Shown in pieces: positions 29,124-42,191 of a DNA stretch of 64,000 nucleotides (its first letter is position 1; each line of letters begins with the position of its first letter). The notes below the pieces were generated by a model. The model had not been told where the DNA came from. It saw only the letters and a program-made list of their open reading frames with translations, and did no database searches. The DNA comes from Eledone cirrhosa (lineage: Eukaryota): positions 123,628,001 through 123,692,000 of the forward strand of contig OZ024740.1 in the NCBI GenBank assembly GCA_964016885.1, in the 5' to 3' direction. The position numbers and the translations under genes are program-made.

Positions 29124-29260
29124 TAGTTATCTTATGTTGTTTATTATATAACTAATAAGCTCTGTAATTCACATAGATCACTCTTTTTTCCTGGACCTCT
29201 CCGACGGTATTACTTCATTCACACGCATATATATATATATATAGTTTATATATATATATA

Positions 29261-29345
<85 letters not shown>

Positions 29346-29416
29346 TATAAATATATATGTATAAATATATAAATATATATATATATATATATAAATATAT
29401 ATGTATAAATATATAA

Positions 29417-29459
<43 letters not shown>

Positions 29460-29695
29460 TATAAATATATATGTATAAATATATAAATATATATATATAT
29501 ATATAGTATATAATTATTTCATTTACCAGTGGTTTCTTGAAAGCAACCACAATAAGGGTGAAAGCAGCGATTATTTGCTTAAACTTTAATCTGTTATTTT
29601 AATAAATATTTGCGCTACGGTTCTTATATATTTGATATATATTTATCCTTATCGAGCCCTATTTGGATTTTAGTATTCAGATTTATTATTATTAC

Positions 29696-29735
<40 letters not shown>

Positions 29736-29781
29736 TATATATAGTATATATATATATATATATATAGTATATATATATATA

Positions 29782-29817
<36 letters not shown>

Positions 29818-29847
29818 TATATATATATAGTATATATTTATATATAG

Positions 29848-29878
<31 letters not shown>

Positions 29879-30210
29879 TATATATATATAGTATATATAT
29901 ATATATCGTATATATATATATATATATATATATAGTATATATATATATATAGTAAATATATATATATAGTATATATATATATATATAGTATATATATATA
30001 TAGTATATATATATATATAGTATATATATATATATAGTATATAGTATATATATATATATAGTATATATATATATATATATATAGTATATATATATATATA
30101 TATATATATAGTATATATATATATATATATATAGTATATATATATATATATATATATATAGTATATATATATAGTATATATATATATAGTATATATATAT
30201 ATATATATAG

Positions 30211-30343
<133 letters not shown>

Positions 30344-30463
30344 TATATAGTATATATAGTATATATATAGTATATATATATAGTATATATATATAGTATA
30401 TATATAGTATATATATATATAGTATATATATAGTATATATATATATATATATATATAGTATAT

Positions 30464-32808
30464 AGGAACGAGTCTGACCTCGACGGCAGAGCTCAAGCCG
30501 TTTGCTCGGCTAATTCTAGACCAAATAAAAATTATTAGCCTGGTAAATAAATAGCCGAACTTCTTAGGTGGTAATTCCTTATATGGAAAGATGGTAATTG
30601 TCAAAAGGATTGGTCAAATATTTGTTGTAAAGACAGATGATTCTATCATGGAATTTAGTGGAGGGGTAGGGGGAGCTCAACTTGCCGGTAGAACAAAGAG
30701 GGAGTGAGTAAACCCAGTCAAGCGTTGAAAGTGAAATCTATGCAGCAGATTCTGAGGATAATGTATAGAAGGTGGAAAAATGGTACTGGAGGAGGGGATG
30801 GGGGGGGGGGGGGTTGAAAGAATAGGTAAATCGAAAGGTAGTAACCAAAAAAAAACATAATAAAAACAAGGAAATAAATATATAAAAAACAATTTCTGGT
30901 TACTACTCCATCCTCACAATCACCAAATCTCTCATTGGTATTGCTAAGCTATAGAAAAGTTTAATATGTGGAGAAAAATACTAAATACGAGATTGTAGTG
31001 AAATAATTTTATAAAGCCGGCTTTACAGGGCGTCTAACCCAGTGCTATAATTAGTAGTAATCAGCCAATGCTATCTTATAATGACAGGTTAATAAGTTGA
31101 GAACAAACATACTAAAATACTACTAAAAAATACTATTACGAAATATTAATTCAGAATACTAATACATAAATACTAATACAAGAATACTAATACAAAACGA
31201 CCACTAAGAAATTTTAGAAATCACGGAAATGGAGCAGCAACCAGGAAGAAAGCAATTTACTGAGGACTAACATATCTGGTATAAAAAGCGTAATCGGCCA
31301 ATTCTATCTTAAAATTAGGGGGTGGAGTACTGTGGCTACAGAGGACCGATAGACTGCATCGGGGTGGGCGAAAAGGTGAAAAAAAGACAAGGATGGAGAT
31401 CTGGAGAGGAAGGACTAGGAAGAGATGGGAGGAAGAAGGGAATATAGAGGATACTTTTGTAAGCAGGGGTGTTTCAGCCCTTGTCAACCACCCTGGGTCA
31501 TTATGGGGTGTGAGGGCGAGGTAAGTCCTACGCAATCTGTGTTTGCATGCAGTTACCATTTCGTTTTTCTTGATTAGGAGTTGGTCCTTCGAAAACAGCA
31601 TTTGTAATGTTTCCTCCGAGCATAAGTTACACGGACAGCGTCCTCCCGTGTAAGAATTAGCTCTGGACAGTAGGCTCCAAGTGAGATTGTAGGTTATATT
31701 ATTATCTTTGAGGTCCCAGATGTGGCCCGAAAGTGTAGTAACATAACGCCGGGCCGGGTTTCGGAAAGTATGTCTGTGTAGGTAGAGCCGAGTCTTGAAG
31801 TCACAAGCGGTTAATCCTATATAAGCTTTGTTGGAGGTGTCCGTCCTCACGTAGCACTGGTAGATCACATTACGATCTCGGCATCTGTTGTTGAGGGGGG
31901 AAAGGGATCTATCAGGATAGTTACAACTCCTGCTCGGCTCTCCACTGCTGTCTAAGTTATTTCTTCCATAGGGGTTGAGTTTTTTGTTGTTAGAGGAAAC
32001 GATGTTTTGTGCGAAGTTAGGTGTGGTACTGTAGGAGAGTTTGATGGTCTTTTTGTTGATTATGTTGTGATAGCGCTGTTGTAGTGGGAAGTGTTTTTCG
32101 ATGAGCCTGAAGAAGATTTTCCCGATAGGTGTTGTCACCTCGACATTGTGGGGAGGATTGAACCACGTTACGTTGCGTGAGCGCTGGTGTCGCCTGCTGG
32201 TTTCGCTAATGAAAGCTGGATAATAGGATATTTCCTCCCGTAAGCCACACCGCTTGAGGGCCTGGTTGTAATAAGGCGCATGTTCGTCGAATATCTGCTC
32301 ATTAGCGGACAAACAAGATATGCAGAGGGAGATGTTTTTAACCAGGTTATTGGTGATGGTTCTACGATGGTTCGACCGGCGGTGGATGTAATGTAGGTTG
32401 TCATTTGGTTTCCTGTATGGGTAGTACAGATCATTATCGTGGTTAAGGGAAAGGTCCAGGTAGTTTACTCTTGTTAGGGATGTTTGTAGGGTTATTTTAA
32501 ATCCCCAGTCGCGGAAGAAGCTGATTAATTGTTTACGGACCCGGTCTGTACTACAGGGGTTGTTCCCTTTAAGGGTAAGGAGCCCGTGATCACGGAACAA
32601 TCCACCGCCGAATGCAGGAAACATTTCGGTGAGTTTAAATAGTAGGAATAATCCTATAAGATCTGTGACCTCGGCCGAATTCATCACGCCCATACTGACG
32701 TCGAAAGGGGAGTCAGGAGCTCTCTTTATCCATTTGGAGTTGTCGAAATATAGGACTGTCTTCCTGGCGTGGAGGATGATATTTCTTTCCTTGTCGGTGA
32801 TGGAGTGA
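30464..32808 (-). mobile_element. 5'-truncated Naiad-like PLE
   Basis: RT C-half + EN ORF, 3' UTR and a pLTR end (30464-30650) shared with 4310-4500. Confidence 0.9.
31257..32808 (-). pseudogene. Naiad RT (partial) + GIY-YIG
   Basis: FDVSMGVMNSAEVTDLIGLFLL; catalytic YRDD changed to FRDH; TWFNPP, NVIYQC..AYIGLT, PCNLC. Confidence 0.85.
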
Positions 32809-33148
32809 GTATATATATATATAGTATATATATATATATATATAGTATATATATATATATTTATAAGAAAATGAGTTTTTTTTTACAAAATGAAAAATAA
32901 CCGAGGTGTCCTACACGAGTGAAAGTATAAAGAAAAAAAGATGAAATCGAAAATGCAACTGGAGTCTTATTTTTAAAAATATATATATATTTATTTGGTT
33001 CCTTTACCGGTTTCGCAGTTCTTCTGCTTTTCAAAAGTAGAGTTGAGATGGAGGGTCTGTGGTTTTTCTCACATCTGGTTGGTCTCTGAATGTTACTTGT
33101 TTTTTATGGAAAAAGTGGCTCGAAATGCCAGGTTTTCGAGAAGTAATT

Positions 33149-33701
33149 TGATTGGTTGGTCAATAATTATAATAAATTTCGCGCCAGTTCCTCAAACAGG
33201 GGGGGGGGGTCACAGGTTGCTTTTTCATATATGAGTGTTTCAATTTCTTTTTACTTAAAAAAAGGGAGGTCACGAAGGCTTTTTTTTAATAAACTTAATT
33301 TTATTGGTTATCAATTAAATTATAGCTGTCACGTGAACAAGTTTTCATTAAATTTTCGCGCCCTTATTTGGAAATCTATTCTGTAGCCTTTTTAGAGAAT
33401 TTTATGACAAGCAAAAGATAATGGTCAAGAGAAATTGGATGTGAGAATTGTTCTGGTTCAGTGAATATGGTTAGTCCGCTGGGTGTCAGAATTCAAATTT
33501 TCTATTGAATAAAGAAAGTAAAGATATGAATATTTATTTGTGTGCTTGTGTGTGTGTGTGTGTGTTGTGTGTGTGTGTTTGAATTTCTTTTTACTTAAAT
33601 AAAAGGGGGCTCACGAAGGCTTTTTTAATAAACGTAATTTGATTGGTTATAAATGAAATTATGGCTGTCACGTGAACAAGTTTTCATTAAAATTTCGCGC
33701 C
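33149..33701. promoter_or_regulatory. Repeated CCAAT / CACGTG / E2F-like (TTTCGCGCC) modules in the pLTR arm
   Basis: TTTCGCGCC at 33177, 33354 and 33693; ATTGG at about 33151, 33303 and 33642; CACGTG at 33330 and 33669. Motif match only. Confidence 0.4.
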
Positions 33702-33759
33702 CTTATTTGGAAATCTATTCTGTAGCCTTTTTAGAGAATTTTATGACAAGTAAAAGATA

Positions 33760-34125
33760 ATGGTCAAGAGAAATTGGATGGGAGAATTTAAATCAGGACA
33801 AAATTTTACTGTAAAAAATCACTTCACTTGCTCATCAAAAAATCTACTTTATGCCATTAAATGTAAAGGATGCAATGAAGATTATATAGGACAAACTAAA
33901 CTCACATTCAGAAACAGAATGACAGTTCATCGCCAACAATTACGAAATCCAACCACGAGACAGATACCACTAAGCGCACATCTAGACATATGCGCAAATA
34001 ATAAGACACCCAAATTCCAAGTCTTCCCATTTTACCTTTGCGCTAACAATACAACAGAACAAATACGAATAAATAAGGAAAATATGTTTATTAAAAAATA
34101 TAGACCAGCATTAAATATGGTTTAA
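33760..34125 (+). CDS. Stand-alone GIY-YIG endonuclease domain (PLE-derived)
   Basis: CSSKNLLYAIKCKGCNEDYIGQTKLTFRNRMTVHRQQ..IPLSAH..C..FPFY..KENMFI. Uninterrupted; expression unknown. Confidence 0.72.
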   Translation: MVKRNWMGEFKSGQNFTVKNHFTCSSKNLLYAIKCKGCNEDYIGQTKLTFRNRMTVHRQQLRNPTTRQIPLSAHLDICANNKTPKFQVFPFYLCANNTTEQIRINKENMFIKKYRPALNMV

Positions 34126-35474
34126 TATACATTATGTCAACACCATAACATGCTAACCATCCAAACAGACACATACACACACGCATAACACCTTCTACTT
34201 TAGAAAATAAAAACCCGAACTAAATAAACCTTAACATACGTTTGCACTGACAATACAACAGAACAAATACGAATAAGTAATGAAAATATGTTCATTCAAA
34301 AATATTCCTACTAAAGGAATCATTTTCCTACACACACACACAAAATATATATATATTCTCTTTATCTTAACATGCTAACCATACTCCCACACACTTAACA
34401 CCCATACACACACATAACAACCCCCACCCCCACAGACATAACTCCCTGCCACATTTCTACACACACACACACAAAATATATATATTCTCTCCATCTTAAC
34501 ATACTCCCAAACACACACACACATAACACCCATATGCACACATACACAACTCCCTCCCCCATTTCTACTAATAGAATCATCTTCCAATACACACACACAC
34601 ACACACACAAGCACACAAATAAACATACACATCTTTACTTTCTTTACTTCAATAGAAAATCTGAATTCTAACACCCCAGCGAACTAACCATATCCACTGA
34701 ACCAGAACAATTCTCCTATCCAATTTCTTTTGACCATTATCTTTTGCTTGTCAAAAAATTCTCTAAAAAGGCTACAGAATAGATTTCCAAATAAGGGCGC
34801 GAAAATTTAATGAAAACTTGTTCACGTGACAGTCATAATTTCATTTATAACCAATCAAATAAGGTTTATTAAAAAAAAGCCTCCGAGTGCCCCTCTTTTT
34901 TTTTTTTTTAAGTAAAAATAAATTCAAACACACGCACACACAACACACACACACACACACAATCACACAAATAAACATACATATCTTTACTTTCTTTATT
35001 CAATAGAAAATCTGAATTCTGACACCCCAGCGAACTAACCCAATTCACTGAACCAGAACAATTCTCCCATCCAATTTCTCTTGACCATTATCTTTTACTT
35101 GTCATAAAATTCTCTAAAAAGGCTACGGAATATATTTACAAATAAGGGCGCGAAAATGTACTGAAAACTTGTTTACGTGACAGCCATAATTCAATTATAA
35201 CCAATCAAATTACGTTTATTAAAAAAAAGCCTTCGTGAGCCCCCTTTTTTTAAGTAAAAAGAAATTCAAACACTCATATATGAAAAAAACAACCTGTGAC
35301 AACACACCCCCTTTTTTGAAGAACTTTGAAACGCGAACGGGCGCGAAATTTATTATAATTATTGAACAACCAATCAAATTACTTCTCGAATAACCTGGCA
35401 TTTCGAGCCACTTTTTCCATATAAAACAAGTAACATTCAGAGACCAACCAGATGTGAGAAACATCTCAACTCTA

Positions 35475-35510
35475 CTTTTGAAAAGCAGAAGAACTGCGAA
35501 ACCGGTAAAG
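35475..35510 (+). ncRNA. Minimal type I hammerhead, compensatory U3-A8 core
   Basis: CTT-TTGAAAA-GCAG aagaa CTGC-GAAA-CCGG-TA-AAG. Mirror copy at 33002-33037 (-). Confidence 0.75.
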
Positions 35511-35594
35511 AACCAAATAAATATATATATTTCTTTTTTAAATAAGAGTCCAGTTGCATATTCGATTTCATCTTTATATATATATATATATATA

Positions 35595-35892
<298 letters not shown>

Positions 35893-36164
35893 TATATATA
35901 GTATATATATATATAGTATATATATATATATAGTATATATATATATATATAGTATATATATATATAGTATATATATATATAGTATATATATATAGTATAT
36001 ATATATATATATATAGTATATATATATATATATATAGTATATATATATATATATATAGTATATATATATATATATATATATAGTATATATATATATATAG
36101 TATATATATATATATATATATAGTATATATTTAAATATAGTATATATATATAGTATATATATAC

Positions 36165-37212
36165 GGGGTAACAAATAATAGTTATATGCAGTTCACTTAG
36201 GTGTAGTCCAGTTATGGTGTTCCGGGTAGTGGATGATATCAACGCTTGGCTAAGTTTGACTCAACAAGGCGTTTTGATAGTGATGTTGCGAGTATGCTGT
36301 AATTCCTATGTTGTAAACACTTGGAGTAATAATAAATCAGGAAAGAAGATTGACATGGTTTTCTATACAAAAAAGGTTTTTAATCTCATTGCTGACAATT
36401 GTTTCTCTGAACTGGTAGGTCTAGAGATCGCTATTCGCTTGTTTTCACGTTACTCGATCGCCAATACAAAATTATAACCAGTCAGTTCTTCGGAGCATGC
36501 GAGAATGAAGAGGATATACAGGCATGAAAGGAATATACAGGCTACTATATGAAGTAGTAATGGCATTCAGTTAGAACAATAACAACAATTACAACAATGC
36601 TAGTAATAAATTATTTGAGAAGACCCTGACATTACATTAGGTGGGGGGTATAGTGTATCTAAGATTTCGGCGTGTAAAACTAGTTGACATGAAGCAGAAG
36701 TATAAGGTTGACATGTAAGGAGTGTCGTAGGGTGTATTGTATAAATGTTACGGCCACCTGACCTACATTGTTGATAAACACCGGCTTATCTTTAAAATTG
36801 ATATAATACACCCTACGACACTCCTTACATGTCAACCTTATACTTCTGCTTCATGTCAGCTAGTTTTACACGCCGAAATCTTAGATACACTATACCACCC
36901 CACCTAATGTAATGTCAGGGTCTCCTCAAATAATTTATTACTAGCATTGTTGTAATTGTTGTTATTGTTCTAACTGAATGCCATTACTACTTCATATAGT
37001 AGCCCGTATATTCCTTTCTTGCCTGTATATCCTCTTCATTCTCGCATGCTCCGAAGAACTGACTGGTTATAATTTTGTATTGGCGATCGAGTAACGTGAA
37101 AACAAGCGAATAGCGATCTCTAGACCTACCAGTTCAGTGAAACAATTGTCAGCAATGAGATTAAAAACCTTTTTTGTATAGCAAACCATGTCAATCTTCT
37201 TTCCTGATTTAT
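36165..37212. mobile_element. ORF-less fold-back element with arms of about 410 bp
   Basis: 36333-36743 is the near-perfect reverse complement of 36801-37212, with a spacer of about 57 bp and a one-sided tail at 36165-36332. Confidence 0.88.
37045..37157 (+). ncRNA. Type I hammerhead, U4C core, long stem II insertion
   Basis: TGCT-CCGAAGA-ACTGA CTGGT..(~65 nt)..ACCAG t TCAGT-GAAA-CAATTG-TC-AGCA. Mirror copy at 36387-36499 (-). Confidence 0.72.
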
Positions 37213-37213
37213 A

Positions 37214-37278
<65 letters not shown>

Positions 37279-37279
<1 letters not shown>

Positions 37280-37480
37280 TATGAAAAACCACAGACCCTC
37301 AATCTCAACTCACCTTTTGAAAAGCAGAAGAATTGCGAAACCGGTAAAGGAACCAAATAAAATATATATTTAAAAAAAAACTAAGACTCCAATTGCATTT
37401 TCGATTTCATCTCTTTTTCTTTATACATTCACTCGTGTAGGACACCTCGGTTATTTTTCATTTTGTAAAAAAAACCTCAC

Positions 37481-37486
<6 letters not shown>
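37279..37486 (+). repeat. Solo pLTR fragment (32864-35576 family) with U3-A8 HHR at 37313-37350
   Basis: CCTT-TTGAAAA-GCAG..TTGC-GAAA-CCGG-TA-AAGG. Confidence 0.8.
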
Positions 37487-37547
<61 letters not shown>

Positions 37548-38061
37548 TATATATATATATATATATATAGTATATATATATATATATATATAGTATATAT
37601 ATATATATATATAGTATATATATATATATATATAGTATATATATATATATATATATACATAGTATATATGTATATAGTATATATATATATATATATAGTA
37701 TATATGTATATAGTATATATATATAGTATATATATATATATAGTGTATATATATAGATATATATATATATAGTGTATATATATATATATATTATATAGTA
37801 TATATATATATAATAGTATATATAGTATATATATATATAGTATATATGTATATAGTATATATATATATATAATATATATAGTATATATGTATATAGTATA
37901 TATATATATATATAGTATATATATATATATAGTGTATATATATATATATATATATATATAGTACATATATATATATATATAGTATATATATAGTATATAT
38001 ATATATAGTATATATATATATATAGTATATATATAGTATATATATATATAGTATATATATA

Positions 38062-38119
<58 letters not shown>

Positions 38120-38128
38120 TATATATAG

Positions 38129-38159
<31 letters not shown>

Positions 38160-38297
38160 TATATATAGTATATATATATATATATATATATATAGTATAT
38201 ATATAGTATAATATATATATATAATATATATATAGTATATATATAGTATATATATATATTAGTATATATATATATAGTATATATATATATATATATA

Positions 38298-38335
<38 letters not shown>

Positions 38336-38447
38336 TATATATATGCATATATATATATATATATATAATATATATAGTATATATATATGCATATATATAG
38401 TATATATATATATATATATATATAGTATATATATATGCATATATATA

Positions 38448-38485
<38 letters not shown>

Positions 38486-38505
38486 TATATATATGCATAT
38501 ATATA

Positions 38506-38547
<42 letters not shown>

Positions 38548-38567
38548 TATATATATGCATATATATA

Positions 38568-38617
<50 letters not shown>

Positions 38618-38638
38618 TATATATATGCATATATATAG

Positions 38639-38692
<54 letters not shown>

Positions 38693-39176
38693 TATATATA
38701 TGTATATATATAGTATATATATATATATATATGTATATATATAGTATATATATTATATATATATATAGTATATATATATGTATATATATAGTATATATAT
38801 ATATATAGTATATATATATATAAAGTATATATATATATAGTATATATATATATATAAAGTATATATATATATATAGTATAAAAACAAATAACGAAACGAA
38901 ATCTAAATTTCGTTTCGTTTGTAACTCACTTTTGTATGACTGACGCTTAAACAATTAAGTTAAAGATGTACATCCATATATGTATACTGAAATACTAGTA
39001 TGTATATGAATACACACACGTATACATATGTAGATGTACCAAGTTTTTTTCACTGGTCACTTTACTGTGAGTGGCCAGCTATTCTGTATGTAAACACACA
39101 GACAAACCGATTTTTAGAGTCATACTGGTTTTTGAGGAAAAACCTTTCCTCTATTCTCCAGAAAGCCAGACAAGGA

Positions 39177-39219
39177 ATATTGAACTAGTTTCGTTGTTCT
39201 TACAACTCATCAGCAATAT
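39177..39219 (-). ncRNA. Canonical minimal type I hammerhead (inverted copy)
   Basis: Reverse complement of the same motif. Confidence 0.88.
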
Positions 39220-39260
39220 ATTGCTGATGAGTTGTAACAACAACGAAACTAGTTCAATAT
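39218..39260 (+). ncRNA. Canonical minimal type I hammerhead
   Basis: ATATTG-CTGATGA-GTTG taacaa CAAC-GAAA-CTAG-TT-CAATAT. Confidence 0.9.
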
Positions 39261-39606
39261 TCCTTGTCTGGCTTTCTGGAGAATAGAGGAAAGGTGTTTC
39301 CTCAAAAACAGTATGACTCTAAAAATCGGTTTGTATACGTGTGTGTATTCATATACATACTAGTATTTCAGTATACATATATGGATGTACATCTTTAACT
39401 TAATTGTTTAAGCGTCAGTCATACAAAAGTGAGTTACAAACGAAACGAAATTTAATTTCGTTCCGTTATCTGTTTTTATCGTCTCCGTTGAACCGGTACT
39501 TACTCACACTCTATGCAAATTAGTCTGCCCACTACTAATTTTCATAGAAAAAGCATATAACGATATGTGCTTTTACGATTCTCTAGAGAGGCCGGAAGAT
39601 AGGTAA

Positions 39607-39649
39607 ATATTGCTGATGAGTTGTAACAACAACGAAACTAGTTCAATAT
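39607..39649 (+). ncRNA. Canonical minimal type I hammerhead (second tandem copy)
   Basis: Identical to 39218-39260. Confidence 0.9.
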
Positions 39650-39900
39650 TCCTTGTCTGGCTTTCTGGAGAATAGAGGAAAGGTGTTTCCTCAAAAACCA
39701 GTATGACTCTATAAACCGGTTTGTCTGTGTGTTTACATACAGAATAGCTGGCCACTCACAGTAAAGTGACCAGTGAAAAAAACTTGGTACATCTACATAT
39801 GTATACGTGTGTGTATTCATATACATACTAGTATTTCAGTATACATATATGGATGTACATCTTTAACTTAATTATATATAGTATATATTTACATATAGTA

Positions 39901-40232
39901 TAGAAATATTAAAACAATGAAATTAAACACAAAACTGTTAATTCATAGTAAAACTCATTATTTTACGTTGGTTTCTGGGGGAGGGTAGTTCCCTGTATGT
40001 TCATTCAATTATTGATATATGTAAAACATATTACAAAATAATATAGTAAGAAAAAGATAGATACGTCTTAACTACCGGCCGTCTTCTTACTATGATATTT
40101 TGTAATATGTTTTACATAGATCAATAATTGAATGAACATACAGGGAACTACTCCCCAGAAACGATCGTAAAATACTGAGTTTTATAATCAATTAACAGTT
40201 TTGTGTGTAATTTCATTGTTTTAATATTTCTA
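39901..40232. repeat. Fold-back with arms of about 150 bp
   Basis: 39901-40050 vs 40086-40232. The right arm has an HHR-like GAAA-CGATCG-TA half but no clear CUGANGA. Confidence 0.8.
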
Positions 40233-40499
40233 TTTTGACTCTGTATCCAATTGAATTATAATCTTTGATAAAATATTTCTATTTTAAATTTTGCTTCACG
40301 ACATCATCTACATACGGATTACATTGATTTCTGTATACGGTTTAGACCCAACCATTGAGTGGTTGATTTATCTGTATATATAGTATATATATATACATAT
40401 ATAGTATATATATATATATATATAGTATATATATATAGTATATATATATAGTATACATATATAGTATATATATATATATATATATAGTATACATATATA

Positions 40500-40533
<34 letters not shown>

Positions 40534-40695
40534 TATATTTAGTATATATATATATATATATACATGGAAAGTTATATTTAAAATAGTTGGGTTACAACTA
40601 GTAAATATTTATAACTGATATAAAAGCACTCGACAAATAGTTGGAGTATATTTACAATATTAAATAAATGGAAACTATATTTATAAAACCATATT

Positions 40696-40761
40696 TATTT
40701 CATTATATATATTTCGGGGATATCATATTAACAATATGCTATGCCTTCCTCAGACAAAATA
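40696..40761 (-). ncRNA. Type I hammerhead in 3' pLTR
   Basis: TATTTTGT-CTGAGGA-stem II-GAAA-TATATA-TA-ATGAAATA. Copies at 44585-44650 (-) and 45252-45317 (+). Confidence 0.75.
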
Positions 40762-42191
40762 CAATATAAACAGTTTTATAGATAAATAGATTCGACATAC
40801 CGTTATAACACTGACTTGCATTTGAAGAGGTTAAGCTGGCAGTGAAAAAATTTTACACAGAGAGAAAGAAAGAGAGAAAAAAGAAAGAAAGACATAAAAC
40901 GAAGAAAAGGAAGAAAAAGAAGAAATGCATGGAACAAAATAGAGAGACGGAAAGATAGATAAAGAGAAGAACTTCATGTAAAGAAACAGAAAGATATATA
41001 TATATATAGAGAGAGAGAAAATAGAGATAGATACATATATATATAGAAAATTAGGTAGTGGGAGGTCATTTTGAGTAAATGTATCAATGATACATTTATT
41101 TATTTATTTATTTATATAGCTCAAGTATTAATGTAAGGGAGATATATAGAGAGAGAAAAAAATATAGAGAGAGAAAAAATATAGAGAGAGAAAAAATAGC
41201 GAGAGAAAAAAATTTAAAAATAGCCAGATATATTCGAGGCGTAAAAACCCTATGTTTTAATGTATTAGTATTTATAAAACTTACACTATATTGTAAATAT
41301 CAGTATTCCTGAATGAGACAAGTATCCATAGTGTGTGAAAATTAATTATCTTATGTTTAGTTTTTTTAAAAAATTCATATGTATATCTGATAGCTACAAA
41401 CATCCATGTGAATCCACATGATTCACTCTGCAAACTCTAAGTTCACGGAAAACATTCTCAATGTGGTATAAAAATTTGAGTATACATATATGTGTATTAT
41501 TATTCCTGTCTTTACTCTACAAGATTATCTATCAAGCAGAAATAGAGAGCAGATTTCAATATACTAATAAAAATATATATCAGAAACAAAACTAAAAAAA
41601 TAAAAAGATAACAATAATAATAATAACTAATAATAAAATAGAAAACTAAAAAAAAAAAATATTGCGAAAGAATATTACATATTAAAAATATTACATATTA
41701 AAAATATTACGTATTAAAAAATATTACGTATTAAAAATATTACGTATTAAAAAATTTACATATTAAAGATATTAAAAATAAAAATAAAAAATATTATAAA
41801 ATACTACAATAATAAAAATAAAAATAAACCACAAAGATCAACCCTTCAAAGTTAATTGACAATATATTGCCAAGTTCATTATAAGACAAAGCCAAAAATT
41901 ATCTATCAAATCACATCTAGCAAAGATCATTTCAAAAAGTTTGTGATGTCCAATTTGGTCTACATGTGTTCTTATATTTAATATAGAAGTTTATCTAGTG
42001 TAAGGTTTATTCAAAATATTTGGAGCATCAGCTTTTAGGGTAGCTTAATTTTTCATGAGGAATGTTTAAATAAAAATAAAATAAAAATAAAAATAAACAA
42101 TAAAAAAAGAATAAAAAGAAGGAATCAAAAATGTAGGAATCAAAAATTTATCGGCTAGTTTTCCATATAAATATAAATTAAACTAAATATA

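Larger units (their letters stand above)
27030..29700. repeat. Tandem segmental duplication, period about 1.67 kb
   Basis: 27080-27950 matches 28750-29697, including a chimeric pLTR junction at about 27810 and 29551. Confidence 0.85.
32864..35576 (+). mobile_element. Fold-back Neptune-like PLE remnant: inverted pLTR + GIY-YIG only + pLTR
   Basis: Inverted arms at about 32864-33788 and 34590-35576 with internal subrepeats surround the EN ORF. Confidence 0.88.
38878..39873 (+). mobile_element. ORF-less tandem HHR element (retrozyme-like) with an inverted 5' copy
   Basis: Palindrome centred at 39218/39219, with a direct repeat restarting at 39607; three HHRs in total. Confidence 0.75.
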
